From Eubacteriales bacterium (GTDB lineage Bacteria > Bacillota > Clostridia > Oscillospirales > JAAYXM01): 64,000 nucleotides of DNA. The notes beneath the pieces were generated by a model. It was not told where the DNA came from. It saw nothing but the letters and a program-made list of their open reading frames with translations, and made no database searches. Position 1 is the stretch's first letter. Each line of letters begins with the position of its first letter. A program made the translations under genes and the position numbers. Shown piece after piece: positions 29,126 through 39,450 of this stretch. The stretch lies in contig JAZOAI010000033.1 in the NCBI GenBank assembly GCA_045595365.1, positions 743-64,742 of the forward strand. Reading direction: 5' to 3'.

Positions 29126-31108
29126 TTATCCGAGAATGTCATCAATGGCGTTCTTAAGCTCCTCTGCCACCGCATCAATTTTTTTATCCCGAAGCTGCGC
29201 GCCCGCAGTATCAAAGTGCCCGCCGCCGCCGAGCTTTTCAAGGATTACCTGAACGTTTATATCGCCGAGAGAGCGCGCTGAAATGTTGACGTCACCCTGG
29301 TCGCGGAAAAGGACAAACGCCGCCTGAACCCCCCGGATTGTAAGAAGGTCGTCTGCCGCCTGAGCCGCGATTTTTCTGTCGCTTTGGCCGTTGTATTCAA
29401 CTATTGCAACCTTGTCGTGATACATTTTCGCAAGCTTTACAAGCTCCGCACGCTTTACATAGGTTTCTATATCGTCCTGCAAAATTCTCTTAAGCTCGGT
29501 AGTGTCAGCCCCTGCACGGCGAAGGTACGCCGCCGCTTCAAATGTGCGAACACCCGTCTTCATTGTGAACTTTTTCGTATCTATAACGATGCCGGACAAA
29601 ATCGCTTCGGCTTCGCAAGCCAAAATGTCGCGTGTCTCAACTATATACTGCAAAAGCTCTGCAACAAGCTCACACGTGCTTGAAGCATACGGCTCGTGGA
29701 AATTGAGAACTGCATCCTCGATATAATCCGCGCCGCGCCTGTGATGGTCAATAACTGCAATTTTATTTGCCGATTCAAGAAGCGCTTCTGACTCAACAAC
29801 GGTTTTCCTGTTTGTATCGACGACAACTAAAAGAGTGTCGCTGTCCGCCTCTAAAAGAGCGTCCTCCGCGCTTATAAATGCGCCATCGTAAATATGTTCT
29901 GTTTTAATTTTTCTTATAAGCCTGTCTGCGCTTGTGCGCTGGCCGACCACAATGGATGCACTCTTGCCTATTTTTCTCGCGATGCAGGCAATTCCGACTG
30001 CGGCGCCTATGCTGTCGTTATCCGCACCCTTATGCCCCATGATTATAACTCCGGAGCTGTCTCTGATGAGCCCCGAAAGCGCGTTTGCCATAACTCTCGA
30101 TTTTACCTTTGTTCGCTTTTCAAGCTCCTGCGAGCGGCCTCCGAAGAACTCGAAGCTGAACTTATCACGGATAACTGCCTGGTCGCCGCCTCGGGAAAGC
30201 GCCATATCAATTGCAAGGCGGGCGTTTCTGTGGTTTTCTTTAAAATCCTGCCCGTCCTTACCGATTCCGATGCTGAGGGTCACTCTGATTCCATTTTTGC
30301 TCTGAATCTCCCTGACAGAGTCAAGAACCGAGAATTTTTCAGATGTGTATTTTTTCAAATATCCCTCATGGAATATATATAAATACTTATCGCGCTCATA
30401 TCGCAGGAAAATTCCGTTTGCCGGAGCTGTCCACTCTGCAAGTCGCTTGTCTATCTCCGCAATAACGGTAGAGCGCTCAGCGTCATTTAATCCGTTCATA
30501 ATTTCGGCATAGTTATCTATCATAATCACGGAAACTATCTGCCTTGAATTTTCAAACTCCGAAATCTTCTCGGAGTATTCCGAAACATCAAGCCAATAGA
30601 GAGTCAGAAGCGCAGAGGACTCAGCCGCTCCCTCCGGGTGGAAAAGGTTTCCGAAGACCTTATACATCTTTCCTGAAATCGGGATTTCAGATGGACATTC
30701 GCGCTTTCCGTCAATCACCCACGCAAGGTCAAACTCCGGGATGAGGTCAAAAAGCTTCTTCTCAAACACATAGTCGTGAACCCCTGCCATATCCGCGAAG
30801 GCAGAATTCCCCCAGACAATCTCCTTGCTTTCTCGCTTTATAACCGCCATCGCCATCGGAAATACCATTGTGGAATCGCGGTTTGCCTGATTTATGGTAT
30901 CAAAGGTTTCCTCTATGCTCTTTTTAAGCTTCTTCTCACGCCTGTCGGCTGTAAAAAGGAAAATCACAAGAACTATCACACTGATACCAAGCTCCGTGGC
31001 AGCGACTTTAACATCTGCATAGAAAAAAGAAGCTGCAGAAAATATAAACATGGCCGCAAAGCTTAAAACAAACCTCGGCTCTATCCATTTTATAAAGCGG
31101 TTATTCAC
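29126..31108 (-). CDS. gdpP: GdpP/YybT-like membrane DHH-DHHA1 phosphodiesterase (probable c-di-AMP phosphodiesterase)
   Basis: Two N-terminal TM helices, a PAS-like region, a degenerate GGDEF-like region, DHH (IDHHRRG) and GGGGH motifs. The yybT-rplI-dnaB order is conserved. GTG start with a GAAGGGGG RBS. Confidence 0.8.
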   Translation of the reverse strand: MNNRFIKWIEPRFVLSFAAMFIFSAASFFYADVKVAATELGISVIVLVIFLFTADRREKKLKKSIEETFDTINQANRDSTMVFPMAMAVIKRESKEIVWGNSAFADMAGVHDYVFEKKLFDLIPEFDLAWVIDGKRECPSEIPISGKMYKVFGNLFHPEGAAESSALLTLYWLDVSEYSEKISEFENSRQIVSVIMIDNYAEIMNGLNDAERSTVIAEIDKRLAEWTAPANGIFLRYERDKYLYIFHEGYLKKYTSEKFSVLDSVREIQSKNGIRVTLSIGIGKDGQDFKENHRNARLAIDMALSRGGDQAVIRDKFSFEFFGGRSQELEKRTKVKSRVMANALSGLIRDSSGVIIMGHKGADNDSIGAAVGIACIARKIGKSASIVVGQRTSADRLIRKIKTEHIYDGAFISAEDALLEADSDTLLVVVDTNRKTVVESEALLESANKIAVIDHHRRGADYIEDAVLNFHEPYASSTCELVAELLQYIVETRDILACEAEAILSGIVIDTKKFTMKTGVRTFEAAAYLRRAGADTTELKRILQDDIETYVKRAELVKLAKMYHDKVAIVEYNGQSDRKIAAQAADDLLTIRGVQAAFVLFRDQGDVNISARSLGDINVQVILEKLGGGGHFDTAGAQLRDKKIDAVAEELKNAIDDILG

Positions 31109-31214
31109 AAGCTACGCCCCCTTCAGTTAAAAGAAAATAACTCATAATATAGTATAGCACAAACAACTTCTTTTGTCCAACTAATATAATATAAGTTTTA
31201 TATTTATTTTAAAA

Positions 31215-31243
31215 TTGACGTTTTTATAAAAGAGTGGTAAGAT
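31215..31243 (+). promoter_or_regulatory. Sigma-A type promoter for the rodA-like gene
   Basis: TTGACG, 17 nt, then TAAGAT, with TG one base upstream of the -10 element. Confidence 0.4.
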
Positions 31244-31280
31244 TATAGTAAAAGAGTTTACAAAAAGGAGTGATTTCAGA

Positions 31281-32408
31281 ATGTCCGCTTTTTTTCGCGG
31301 AGTGCGCGGTTTTTTTAAGCAGGTTGACACAAAGCTTCTCGCAATATCGCTTTTTGCATCCATTTTCGGAATGATCCTGATTGCAAGCGCAACTCAGAGC
31401 ATGGGAAGCGGAAGCTTTATAAAAATCCAGCTCGCCGCAACGCTCCTCGGCGTTATCCTCTACCTTCTCCTGTCCTGGCTGGATCTTGACTCTGTAAGCT
31501 CCTGGTGGAAGTACGTATATGTCGCAAATCTCCTGCTTATATGCCTTCTCATCCTCTTCGGAACAGGAAGCGAGGAGACAGGAAACCGCGCGTGGATTCG
31601 CTTTGGAGGAATAGGCATACAGCCGGCAGAGCTTGGGAAGGTTCTTTTCATCATTTCACTTGCAGGCCACATAAACTCTCTTGAAGACCGCCTTGACTCT
31701 GCCGCATCAGTTATAGTTATATCAGCCTTTGCACTCATCCCCATCGGGCTTTTATATATCATCTCCTCGGACCTCGGCTCGACCCTTGTGTATATCACAA
31801 TTTTTGCAATTATGATGTTTGCAGCAGGAGTAAAGCTTCGTTGGTTTGCAGGCGCGCTTGTTTCCCTTGCCGCGCTCTCTCCGGTTATATGGAAGTTCGT
31901 TCTCCGCCCCGACCAGAAAATGCGTCTGCTCGTTGTTTTTAACCCTGAGCTTGACCCGCTCGGGCGCGGGTACCACGCGATACAAAGCAAAATCGCAATC
32001 GGCTCGGGCCAGCTTTTCGGCCGCGGGCTTGGAGACGGGACTCAGACTCAGCTCGGTTATCTCCCCGCAAAGCAAACTGACTTTATTTTCTCCGTTGCAG
32101 GTGAAGAGCTCGGTTTTTTAGGTTGCCTTCTCATCCTTCTCATTCTCGGGCTTATCATCTTCCGCTGCGTATCAATTACTATGCGCTCATCCTCTTTTTC
32201 TTCATATCTCATTTGCTCCGGAGTCTCAGCTCTCCTGATTTCGCAGACTATTGAGAACATAGGAATGTGTACGGGGCTTCTTCCCGTTATAGGGCTTACG
32301 CTCCCTCTTTTTTCCTATGGCGGTTCAAGTGTCCTTGCCGTATATATGGCGCTTGGCCTGATAAGCTCTGCGCGTATGCGTGCACTGCCTGCAAGACTTT
32401 CAAAATAA
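31281..32408 (+). CDS. rodA: FtsW/RodA/SpoVE-family (SEDS) peptidoglycan polymerase
   Basis: About 10 TM segments, with IQPAELGK, TDFIFSVAGEELGF and LPLFSYGGSS. Confidence 0.8.
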   Translation: MSAFFRGVRGFFKQVDTKLLAISLFASIFGMILIASATQSMGSGSFIKIQLAATLLGVILYLLLSWLDLDSVSSWWKYVYVANLLLICLLILFGTGSEETGNRAWIRFGGIGIQPAELGKVLFIISLAGHINSLEDRLDSAASVIVISAFALIPIGLLYIISSDLGSTLVYITIFAIMMFAAGVKLRWFAGALVSLAALSPVIWKFVLRPDQKMRLLVVFNPELDPLGRGYHAIQSKIAIGSGQLFGRGLGDGTQTQLGYLPAKQTDFIFSVAGEELGFLGCLLILLILGLIIFRCVSITMRSSSFSSYLICSGVSALLISQTIENIGMCTGLLPVIGLTLPLFSYGGSSVLAVYMALGLISSARMRALPARLSK

Positions 32409-32423
32409 GGAGTTTTTCTGAAG

Positions 32424-33101
32424 ATGCTTTCTAAATATAAAATAATCCTTTTTGATTCGGACAACACGTTATATGACCATTATATTCACGAAAGAACCGC
32501 TATTTTCTGCGCTTTTTCGCAATACGGTGTCAAACTTTCAGAGGAACAGTATCTGCTTTATACGAAGATAAACGACGATATATGGAAGGAATTTGAGCGC
32601 GGAATCACCTACGATGGCGGCCCGCTCATTGAGCGGTTCCGGCGGTTTTCGAAAGAATCCGGCATTCAGCTTTCACCTTCTGATATAAACGAGCTTTATA
32701 TCGAAGCTCTCTCAAATCAATGCTCTCCGTTTCCCGAATCAGAGGCTGTCTGCCGCGCACTCTCAAAGACCCACACTCTCTACATCATCACCAACGGGAC
32801 CGAAAGCGTTCAGCTAAAGAGATATGCCTCAAGCCCGCTCCGCCCCTATTTTTCAGGCATTTTTACAGCCACTTCAATAGGCATTCAGAAGCCGCAGGCG
32901 GAATACTTCCGCCGCGTTCTCGAAAAAATCGGAAACCCCTCTCCTGATGAGGTCATCGTTATCGGTGACTCTCTCACGTCAGACATTCTCGGTGGGATAA
33001 ATTCGGGGCTTGATACGTGCTGGTATAACCCGAAGCACAAAGAAAATACACTGGAACTTTCCCCTACATATGAAATAGACAAACTGACTGCGCTGATATA
33101 A
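32424..33101 (+). CDS. HAD-family hydrolase (YjjG-like nucleotidase subfamily)
   Basis: ILFDSDNTLYD motif I, ITNG, KPQAEYF and GDSLTSDILGG. Confidence 0.7.
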   Translation: MLSKYKIILFDSDNTLYDHYIHERTAIFCAFSQYGVKLSEEQYLLYTKINDDIWKEFERGITYDGGPLIERFRRFSKESGIQLSPSDINELYIEALSNQCSPFPESEAVCRALSKTHTLYIITNGTESVQLKRYASSPLRPYFSGIFTATSIGIQKPQAEYFRRVLEKIGNPSPDEVIVIGDSLTSDILGGINSGLDTCWYNPKHKENTLELSPTYEIDKLTALI

Positions 33102-33117
33102 AATCAGCACAGTCAGT

Positions 33118-34437
33118 TTATTTATTCTTGATAACTATATCCGAAAGGAGAAGAACTGCTATGAGATTCGGCACCATCATCATTCCGTTGAACATATCCG
33201 AAATCGCCCATACGCTCTCAACATTCAGAACCGCTCCGAGTACAACCGCAACCGCGAAAATATTTCGATAAACTTTTTTTGAAGATTCCCTCCCACTTGT
33301 GAGATAGAAAACGCAGTTTTCGCCGTAATATGACCAGCCAAGAATTGTCGTAAGCGCAAAAAGAATTGTCGAGATGCCGACAAAGCTCTCGCCGAAGTAT
33401 CCGATATGCTTTGAAAAAGCGGCGCCTACAAGCTCGGCTCCGGTCAAATTCTCTGCGCCTTCCATTCCGGAAAGTATTACAATTGCCGTCACGGTGCATA
33501 TCACCATTGTATCCATAAAGACTTCAAAAACGCCCCAAAAACCTTGATCACGAGGACTTTTTGCATCAGCCGCCGCATGAACCATAGGAGAACTTCCAAG
33601 CCCCGCTTCATTTGAGAAAACTCCGCGCGCAACCCCGAATCTCACAGCGCGGCTCGCCATAACGCCTCCCGCACCGCCATAGACAGCTTGCGGAGTAAAT
33701 GCCGCTTTGAAAATTGCACAAACCGCCAAAGCTGTGTCCCTGGGGTTTAAAATCATTATAACAAGTGCCATTCCAACGTAAAAAACCGCCATTATCGGAA
33801 CAAGGCGTTCCGTGACATGTGAAACTCTTCGTATCCCTCCGTTTATTGCACTCGCTGCAACAAGCGCAAGGATAATTCCTGTTGCAATATCCGGCAAGGG
33901 TGTTTTCCCGGAGATGACCGCTGTTATTGAATTCGCCTGATTCATCGCCCCCATTCCTATGCACGCAAGCGCGCCGGAAATCGCAAAAAGATAAGAAAGC
34001 CATTTATACCCTTTCCCGAGCCCACTTTCGATATAATACATCGGCCCGCCGTAAAACTCTTTTCCCTTCTGTCTTCTGAATTTTACGGCAAGGTATATTT
34101 CCGTGTATTTTGTTGCCATTCCGAAAAAGGCAGAAACCCACATCCAGAAAACCGCCCCTGCGCCCCCTGTGGCAATTGCAGTTGCGACACCAACGATATT
34201 TCCACTTCCTACGGTCGATGCAAGCGCGGTTGAGAGTGCCTGATATGGAGATATTCCTTTTTTTGCAGCTTCTGTTTTTCGAAACAACGAGCCGAGGCTT
34301 TCCCCCATCCATTTTCTTATCCTGAGAAGCTGAAAAAACTTAAGCCTCACCGTCAGATATGCTCCGCAGCCGACAAGAAGAAGCAGCATCGGCCCTCCCC
34401 ACAACGTCTTGTTTATCGCACTTACAAACACATCCAT
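33118..34437 (-). CDS. Alanine/glycine:cation symporter (AGCS family)
   Basis: MDVFVSAINKTLWG..., GNIVGVATAI..GGAGAVFWMW and SNEAGLGS. Start at the ATG at 34437, 6 nt after AAGGGAGAG. Confidence 0.85.
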   Translation of the reverse strand: MDVFVSAINKTLWGGPMLLLLVGCGAYLTVRLKFFQLLRIRKWMGESLGSLFRKTEAAKKGISPYQALSTALASTVGSGNIVGVATAIATGGAGAVFWMWVSAFFGMATKYTEIYLAVKFRRQKGKEFYGGPMYYIESGLGKGYKWLSYLFAISGALACIGMGAMNQANSITAVISGKTPLPDIATGIILALVAASAINGGIRRVSHVTERLVPIMAVFYVGMALVIMILNPRDTALAVCAIFKAAFTPQAVYGGAGGVMASRAVRFGVARGVFSNEAGLGSSPMVHAAADAKSPRDQGFWGVFEVFMDTMVICTVTAIVILSGMEGAENLTGAELVGAAFSKHIGYFGESFVGISTILFALTTILGWSYYGENCVFYLTSGRESSKKVYRNIFAVAVVLGAVLNVESVWAISDMFNGMMMVPNLIAVLLLSDIVIKNK

Positions 34438-34517
34438 TAACATCTCTCCCTTACTATGGCAAGATATGTAAAAAACACCGAGAGTATTACATCTGTGTTT
34501 CAAAAGATGCTTAAGTG

Positions 34518-34546
34518 TTGCAAAAAGCTTCACGAAACTGTATAAT
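34518..34546 (+). promoter_or_regulatory. Sigma-A type promoter for the 34571 gene
   Basis: TTGCAA, 17 nt, then TATAAT. Confidence 0.45.
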
Positions 34547-34570
34547 TGTGATATATGGGAGGTGAATTAT

Positions 34571-35695
34571 ATGAAGCGGGCAATAGCTTTGATTCTCGTT
34601 TTTTGCATATCCGTTCTTTTCTTTGTGATCCCAACAACCGCAGAAGGAGAAATTTTTGTTGCCGCCGGCAACACGGTTCTTCCTCTTACGGATGCTATGC
34701 CGATAAAATCAAACGGAGTATGGTACATCGATTATCAGTGTTTTTCCGCAGGTAATCTCGGCATCAGCACATCATACAACGCCGCTGAAGGGAAGCTTGT
34801 TCTCTACAGCTGGGACACTACCCTCATCTTTGACCTTAACACTTCCACTGCATATATAGTTCACGAGGATGTCCAATACAAGGCCGTTGCCGTTGCAGCA
34901 GCTGGCTCGGTATACATTCCTGCCCAGTTCACATCCCAGATTTTCGGCCTGGAATTTTCATACGATTCGGCTATCCCGCTCATTCGCATAAAGCGCTCAT
35001 CAGATATTCCTAACAATATGTTTCAATACATAGCTAAAAATGCAATCCCGGACCTTCTCAACGCCTATAACAAGAAGAAGGCTGAAGAGAAAAAGAACCA
35101 GCAATCCTCTATCCCGGATTCTTCTCCAACCGAAACGCAACAAAAAAGTCAGATGCTCAGGCTTTCTTTCAACATTACAAGCAGCGAAAACCTCGGGAAG
35201 ATTCTCAATTCTCTTTCGAAATATGGGTTTCGCGCAACCTTCTTCATAAGCCCCAATGCAATTTCAGATAACGGAAACGATCTGCGCCGGGCTGTTACCC
35301 AGGGCTACTCTATCGGTATCCTTGCAGAAAGCATTTCAGACCTTTCAGCTGCAAATCAGAAGCTTTTTGACGTGGCAAAAACCAAAACCCGGCTCGTTCG
35401 TTTTAAAAACAGCTCCTCATCATTATCCGCAGACGACGTTGAAAAAGTGATAGCCTCAGGCTTCAGGCTGTGGGACTCTAATATTGCCCCGCAGGGGTCG
35501 GCATCGCAGATATACTCAAGAACCATCTCCCAGCTTAAAAGCTCATCCCGCTCGCCTGTTCTTGCACTCTCGGATTCAGCCGCTTCTATCAGCGCTCTTC
35601 CAAGAATCCTTTCTTATCTTGACACGCAGAATTACGGCTCGTATATGATAAGTCTTCTTGACACCCCCGTTAATCAGATATCTGAAAGGCGATAA
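34571..35695 (+). CDS. Secreted protein: N-terminal stalk-like (copper amine oxidase N-terminal type) domain plus a degenerate polysaccharide-deacetylase-like domain
   Basis: Signal peptide MKRAIALILVFCISVLFFVIPTTAEG. The C-terminal half has GFRATFFISPNAI, as in NodB-homology domains, but SFNITS replaces the catalytic TFDDG motif. ATG at 34571, 6 nt after GGGAGGTG. Confidence 0.45.
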   Translation: MKRAIALILVFCISVLFFVIPTTAEGEIFVAAGNTVLPLTDAMPIKSNGVWYIDYQCFSAGNLGISTSYNAAEGKLVLYSWDTTLIFDLNTSTAYIVHEDVQYKAVAVAAAGSVYIPAQFTSQIFGLEFSYDSAIPLIRIKRSSDIPNNMFQYIAKNAIPDLLNAYNKKKAEEKKNQQSSIPDSSPTETQQKSQMLRLSFNITSSENLGKILNSLSKYGFRATFFISPNAISDNGNDLRRAVTQGYSIGILAESISDLSAANQKLFDVAKTKTRLVRFKNSSSSLSADDVEKVIASGFRLWDSNIAPQGSASQIYSRTISQLKSSSRSPVLALSDSAASISALPRILSYLDTQNYGSYMISLLDTPVNQISERR

Positions 35696-35711
35696 GCTTT
35701 TATTATAAACC

Positions 35712-35754
35712 AAAGGGTTTGTAGCAAAATGCATTTTGCTACAAACCCTTTTTC
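35712..35754 (+). terminator. Rho-independent terminator
   Basis: A perfect ~20-bp palindrome AAAGGGTTTGTAGCAAAATG/CATTTTGCTACAAACCCTTT followed by a T run. Confidence 0.7.
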
Positions 35755-35840
35755 ATATTGCCCTGAAAGAAGCCTTGAATTTATAGAAAAGTACAGCAGG
35801 GAAGAATATTCTGTCCTGCTGTGCCACGATGATTAATTGA

Positions 35841-35878
35841 AAAGAACACGTGATTTCTATGAAATCACGTGTTCTTTA
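35841..35878 (-). terminator. Rho-independent terminator of the efp operon
   Basis: AAAGAACACGTGATTTC-TAT-GAAATCACGTGTTCTTT, followed on the minus strand by TTTTCAATT. Confidence 0.7.
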
Positions 35879-35888
35879 TTATTTAAAA

Positions 35889-36338
35889 TTATTCGTGGCA
35901 ATCACAGTCGTCGCCGCAGTCGCAATCATCATCACCGCAGCAACACTCGTCTGCATCAAACTCAAGGTCTTCTCCGCAGCCGGGGCACTGGATAGCGCCC
36001 AGGGCGAGAATGTCCTCATCCACCATGATAGAGTCGCCGCAAGTCGGGCAGACGACCTCGTAGCGGAAGTCATCACAATCGCAGTCGCAATCATCATCGC
36101 CGCAACCGCAGTCGCAGTCATCATCAAATGCGCCTTCAAGCTCAAGAAGTTCTTCTGCGACTTCGTCAAGCTCATCGCTCATTTCATCAGCAACGGCTTC
36201 AAGGTCAGAAACTGACGCTGCAAGCTCGTCAATAACATCAACGATAGCAACTAAAAGCTTGCCTTCCTTTGTGTCGGTGTCAATTTCAAGCCCGTCACAA
36301 AGGCCGCGAAGGTACGCTGCCTTCTCAACTATATCCAT
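35889..36338 (-). CDS. Acidic Asp/Cys-rich zinc-ribbon protein
   Basis: A helical acidic N-terminus (EKAAYLRGLCDGLEID), a CPTCG...CPGCG zinc ribbon, and two D/C tracts (DDDCDCGCGDDDCDCDCDD and DECCCGDDDCDCGDDCDCHE). Co-oriented 12 nt downstream of efp. Confidence 0.5.
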   Translation of the reverse strand: MDIVEKAAYLRGLCDGLEIDTDTKEGKLLVAIVDVIDELAASVSDLEAVADEMSDELDEVAEELLELEGAFDDDCDCGCGDDDCDCDCDDFRYEVVCPTCGDSIMVDEDILALGAIQCPGCGEDLEFDADECCCGDDDCDCGDDCDCHE

Positions 36339-36350
36339 TACAGCTCCTCC

Positions 36351-36911
36351 TTACTTCGCGCGTTCGAGATATTCGCCTGTTCTTGTATCAATCTTAATCT
36401 TGTCGCCGATGTTGATAAAGAGCGGAACGCGGACCTCAGCACCTGTTGAAACAAATGCCGGCTTTGTAACGTTTGTAGCTGTATCGCCCTTGATGCCCGG
36501 CTCGGTTTCGGTGATTTCAAGCTCAACGAAGTTGGGCGGCTCAACGCTGAAAACGTTGCCCTTAAAGGAAAGGAACTTAACCGTCATATTCTCGGTAACA
36601 AACTTAAAGCTATCGGGGAGCTTGTCTGCATTAAGCGGCTCCTGCTCGTATGTTTCCTCGTCCATAAAGTAATAGAGCTCACCGTCGTTGTAGAGATACT
36701 GCATATCCTTTCTCTCAACAAATGCCGGCGGGAACTTATCCGTCGGGTTGAAGGAAGTTTCAACAACAGCGCCTGTAACGACGTTGCGATACTTCGTGCG
36801 AACAAACGCCGCGCCCTTACCCGGCTTAACGTGCTGGAACTCGATAACCTGCATTACCTGTCCATCCATCTCAAATGTCATACCGTTTCTGAATTCACCT
36901 GCAGAAATCAT
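36351..36911 (-). CDS. efp: Elongation factor P
   Basis: [17 protein letters not shown]...[19 protein letters not shown]..., 186 aa. Confidence 0.95.
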   Translation of the reverse strand: MISAGEFRNGMTFEMDGQVMQVIEFQHVKPGKGAAFVRTKYRNVVTGAVVETSFNPTDKFPPAFVERKDMQYLYNDGELYYFMDEETYEQEPLNADKLPDSFKFVTENMTVKFLSFKGNVFSVEPPNFVELEITETEPGIKGDTATNVTKPAFVSTGAEVRVPLFINIGDKIKIDTRTGEYLERAK

Positions 36912-36986
36912 TTAACAATCCTCCGTTTTTCTGTATAAATCTCTTTATATTTTACCTTATATTTACCAATATTGCAAGAAAAATTT

Positions 36987-37427
36987 TTAAAGTAAGATTA
37001 TTTCGCAGAGAGCCTTCACTCCGAGCGGATAAACGTGCTTTCCAAATCCACAAATCATCCCCTCGCACACGGCAGAAATAACCGATTTGTGTCGAAAATC
37101 CTCTCGTGCGTGGATGTTGCTCAGATGCACCTCAACACAAGGAACCGGGATTGCGGATATTGCATCACGAATCGCGATGCTGTAATGCGAATATGCCGCC
37201 GCGTTTATCACAACTCCGGCATACCCCTCCTCGACCGCGCGATAGAGAAGGTCAACAATCTCACCCTCGCAGTTTGTCTGGTACGCAGAAATATCAACGC
37301 CAAGCTCGCTTGTTTTCTCCTTTGTGTATTCTATAATGCTCTCCAATGTATCTTTGCCGTAAATTTCGGGCTCACGTTTGCCAAGGTAATTGAGATTCGG
37401 CCCGTTGATAATCATTATTTTTTTCAT
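36987..37427 (-). CDS. aroQ: Type II 3-dehydroquinate dehydratase
   Basis: MKKIMIINGPNLNYLGKREPEIYG, NAAAYSHYSIAIRDA and EVHLSNIHARE. The TTG at 37436 is an alternative start. Confidence 0.9.
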   Translation of the reverse strand: MKKIMIINGPNLNYLGKREPEIYGKDTLESIIEYTKEKTSELGVDISAYQTNCEGEIVDLLYRAVEEGYAGVVINAAAYSHYSIAIRDAISAIPVPCVEVHLSNIHAREDFRHKSVISAVCEGMICGFGKHVYPLGVKALCEIILL

Positions 37428-37428
37428 A

Positions 37429-37869
37429 TCACTCAAACATCCTCCTTTTTCCGAGCGGTTTCACCTTTATTGCAAGGATTCCGCAACGCTTTGCTCCTAT
37501 TATGTCCGTTATGAGCTTATCTCCGACAAGGGCTGTGGTTTCGCGTGTCCCCCCGAGCTTTGCCATCGCTTTTTTTATTGTCTTTCTGCTTGGTTTTCCA
37601 CTTCTCCAGTAATAGTCAACACCGAGCGGTTTGCAGTATTTCTCGACTCTTTCCATTTTGTTGTTAGAAACAACCGCAAGTGAAATCCCGCTCTCGTCAA
37701 GCTTTTTTGCCCATCCGACAATCGCATCATCCGGAGTTTCGTTCTCGTACATCGCAAGAGTGTTGTCAAGATCTGCAATAAGCACGCGCACGGAAAGCGC
37801 GCTGAGAAGCTCGGCGCGAAGCTCGTATATGTTATTTAGCTGTATATCAGGTTTAAAAAACGAAAACAT
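37429..37869 (-). CDS. yqeG: YqeG-family HAD-IIIA phosphatase
   Basis: LIADLDNTL, VVSNN, GKPSRK and VGDKLITDI. The ATG at 37869 lies 5 nt after GGGAGG. Confidence 0.75.
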   Translation of the reverse strand: MFSFFKPDIQLNNIYELRAELLSALSVRVLIADLDNTLAMYENETPDDAIVGWAKKLDESGISLAVVSNNKMERVEKYCKPLGVDYYWRSGKPSRKTIKKAMAKLGGTRETTALVGDKLITDIIGAKRCGILAIKVKPLGKRRMFE

Positions 37870-38010
37870 ACGCGCCTCCCGACAAGTGGTTTGAATTGTA
37901 TCTGCCATCCACCTAATCATACCACATATCCGATGAATTGACAACCAAAGTTATGCTCTTTGTTGAGTTTCACATACACCGCCCCACGAAAATCCGTGGG
38001 TTTACTTCTC

Positions 38011-39450
38011 TTAATTTCGCTTCCATGCCTGCGGCAGGAGAAGCACCATTATCGGGAAGAGTTCAAGTCTTCCGCATATCATATCAATCAGAAGAACAAT
38101 TTTAGATAGCGGCGAGAAATCAGCATAATTCCCGATAGGCCCTACCGCCGCAAGCCCCGGGCCGATATTGTTCAAGGTTGCAGCAACTGCTGTCATATTG
38201 GTTTCAAAACTGAAGCCATCAAGAGATATGATGATGAAGGATGCAAAAAATATCAATATATAACAGATTATGTATGCATTTACACGCCTTATCGTTTCAT
38301 CATCAAGCTTTTTTCCGTTTATGTTTATCGCCTTAACACTCTTTGGATGGACAAGCGATGTAAACTCTCGCTTGAGCGATTTGAGAAGAATCAGGCATCT
38401 CGACACCTTGATTCCGCCGCCTGTTGAGCCTGCGCAAGCACCGACAAACATAAGAAAAACAAGGATAACCTTTGAAAACTCCGGCCATGTATTGAAATCT
38501 ACCGTTGTGAAGCCAGAGGTGGAGATTACCGATGCAACGGCGAATGAAGTATGATGAAATGCCTCAAAAACATTTTCAAACAAACCGAAGTTATTCAGTG
38601 TTATAACAAACATCGATGCAACAACAACCGCCACAAAAAGCCGAAGCTCCTCGTTCTTCCACACAGCCTTGAATTTCCCCGCGACTAAAAGAAAGTACAT
38701 ATTGAAGTTTATCGAAAACAACAGCATAAATACGGTTACTACAGCTTGAATATATGTGCTGTACCCACCAATACTCGAATTCTTTATCCCGAAGCCGCCT
38801 GTTCCTGCAGTTCCGAAAGCTGTCGTTACCGCATCAAAGAAAGGCATTCTTCCAAGAAGCAGAAAAACTATCTGCAAAACAGTCAAGCCTATATATAACC
38901 CATATAAAACCTTTGCATTCATATGTGCTTTCGGCAAAAGCTTCTCAACCTGCGGCCCCGGAGATTCAGCCCGGATAAGCTGCATATTGTTCCCACCGGC
39001 AAGCGGCGCCAGTGCCATGACAAACATAAGCACGCCCATACCGCCAATCCAATGAGTGAAGCTTCTCCAGAACAGCATACACCGGCTTAATGCTTCAACA
39101 TCGCGCAAAATTGTTGCCCCGGTTGTCGTAAATCCCGATGCTGTTTCAAAGAAGCAATCAATAAGATTTGATATATCTCCCGAGAAAAAGAACGGCAAAC
39201 CTCCGACAACACTTATCATAATCCACGCTATTGCAACTGTTGCAAGACCTTCACGCGCATAAAGCGATTTATGCTTCGGCTTAAGAAACACAAGAGGAAG
39301 CCCAACCGCAACGCTTATAAGAATTGCAGGTATGAAGGCATAGCCTTCGCGTTCCTTATATATAAGAGCGACAAGCATCGGCAAAAGCATTGCTATGGCA
39401 TCAAACAGAAGTATGTAGCCGTTCAGCTTCAAAACAATCTTCTTATTCAT
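38011..39450 (-). CDS. trkH: TrkH/KtrB-family potassium transporter membrane subunit
   Basis: A 479-aa polytopic protein with repeated selectivity-filter-like TTTG/TAGTGGFG/SGFT/STGGG segments. It is adjacent to trkA. Confidence 0.85.
   Translation of the reverse strand: MNKKIVLKLNGYILLFDAIAMLLPMLVALIYKEREGYAFIPAILISVAVGLPLVFLKPKHKSLYAREGLATVAIAWIMISVVGGLPFFFSGDISNLIDCFFETASGFTTTGATILRDVEALSRCMLFWRSFTHWIGGMGVLMFVMALAPLAGGNNMQLIRAESPGPQVEKLLPKAHMNAKVLYGLYIGLTVLQIVFLLLGRMPFFDAVTTAFGTAGTGGFGIKNSSIGGYSTYIQAVVTVFMLLFSINFNMYFLLVAGKFKAVWKNEELRLFVAVVVASMFVITLNNFGLFENVFEAFHHTSFAVASVISTSGFTTVDFNTWPEFSKVILVFLMFVGACAGSTGGGIKVSRCLILLKSLKREFTSLVHPKSVKAININGKKLDDETIRRVNAYIICYILIFFASFIIISLDGFSFETNMTAVAATLNNIGPGLAAVGPIGNYADFSPLSKIVLLIDMICGRLELFPIMVLLLPQAWKRN

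Noticed and set aside
35900-36130. Short direct DNA repeats that could suggest a CRISPR-like or tandem-repeat array
   Set aside because: The repeats are in-frame codon repeats inside a CDS (D/C tracts). There is no regular repeat-spacer periodicity and no cas genes.
35850-36215. A 121-aa plus-strand ORF opposite the Asp/Cys-rich gene
   Set aside because: It is the mirror image of the GAT/TGC codon repeats and reads as Ala/Ile/Val low complexity. The minus-strand frame has a zinc ribbon, sits in an operon position after efp, and has a terminator. I therefore consider the minus-strand gene the real one.
37960-38005. Hairpin CCCACG-AAAATC-CGTGGG as the terminator of trkAH
   Set aside because: No U-tract follows it on the minus strand (it is followed by GCGGTGTATG). 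I therefore did not list it as a terminator. It may still act as a weak or Rho-dependent site.
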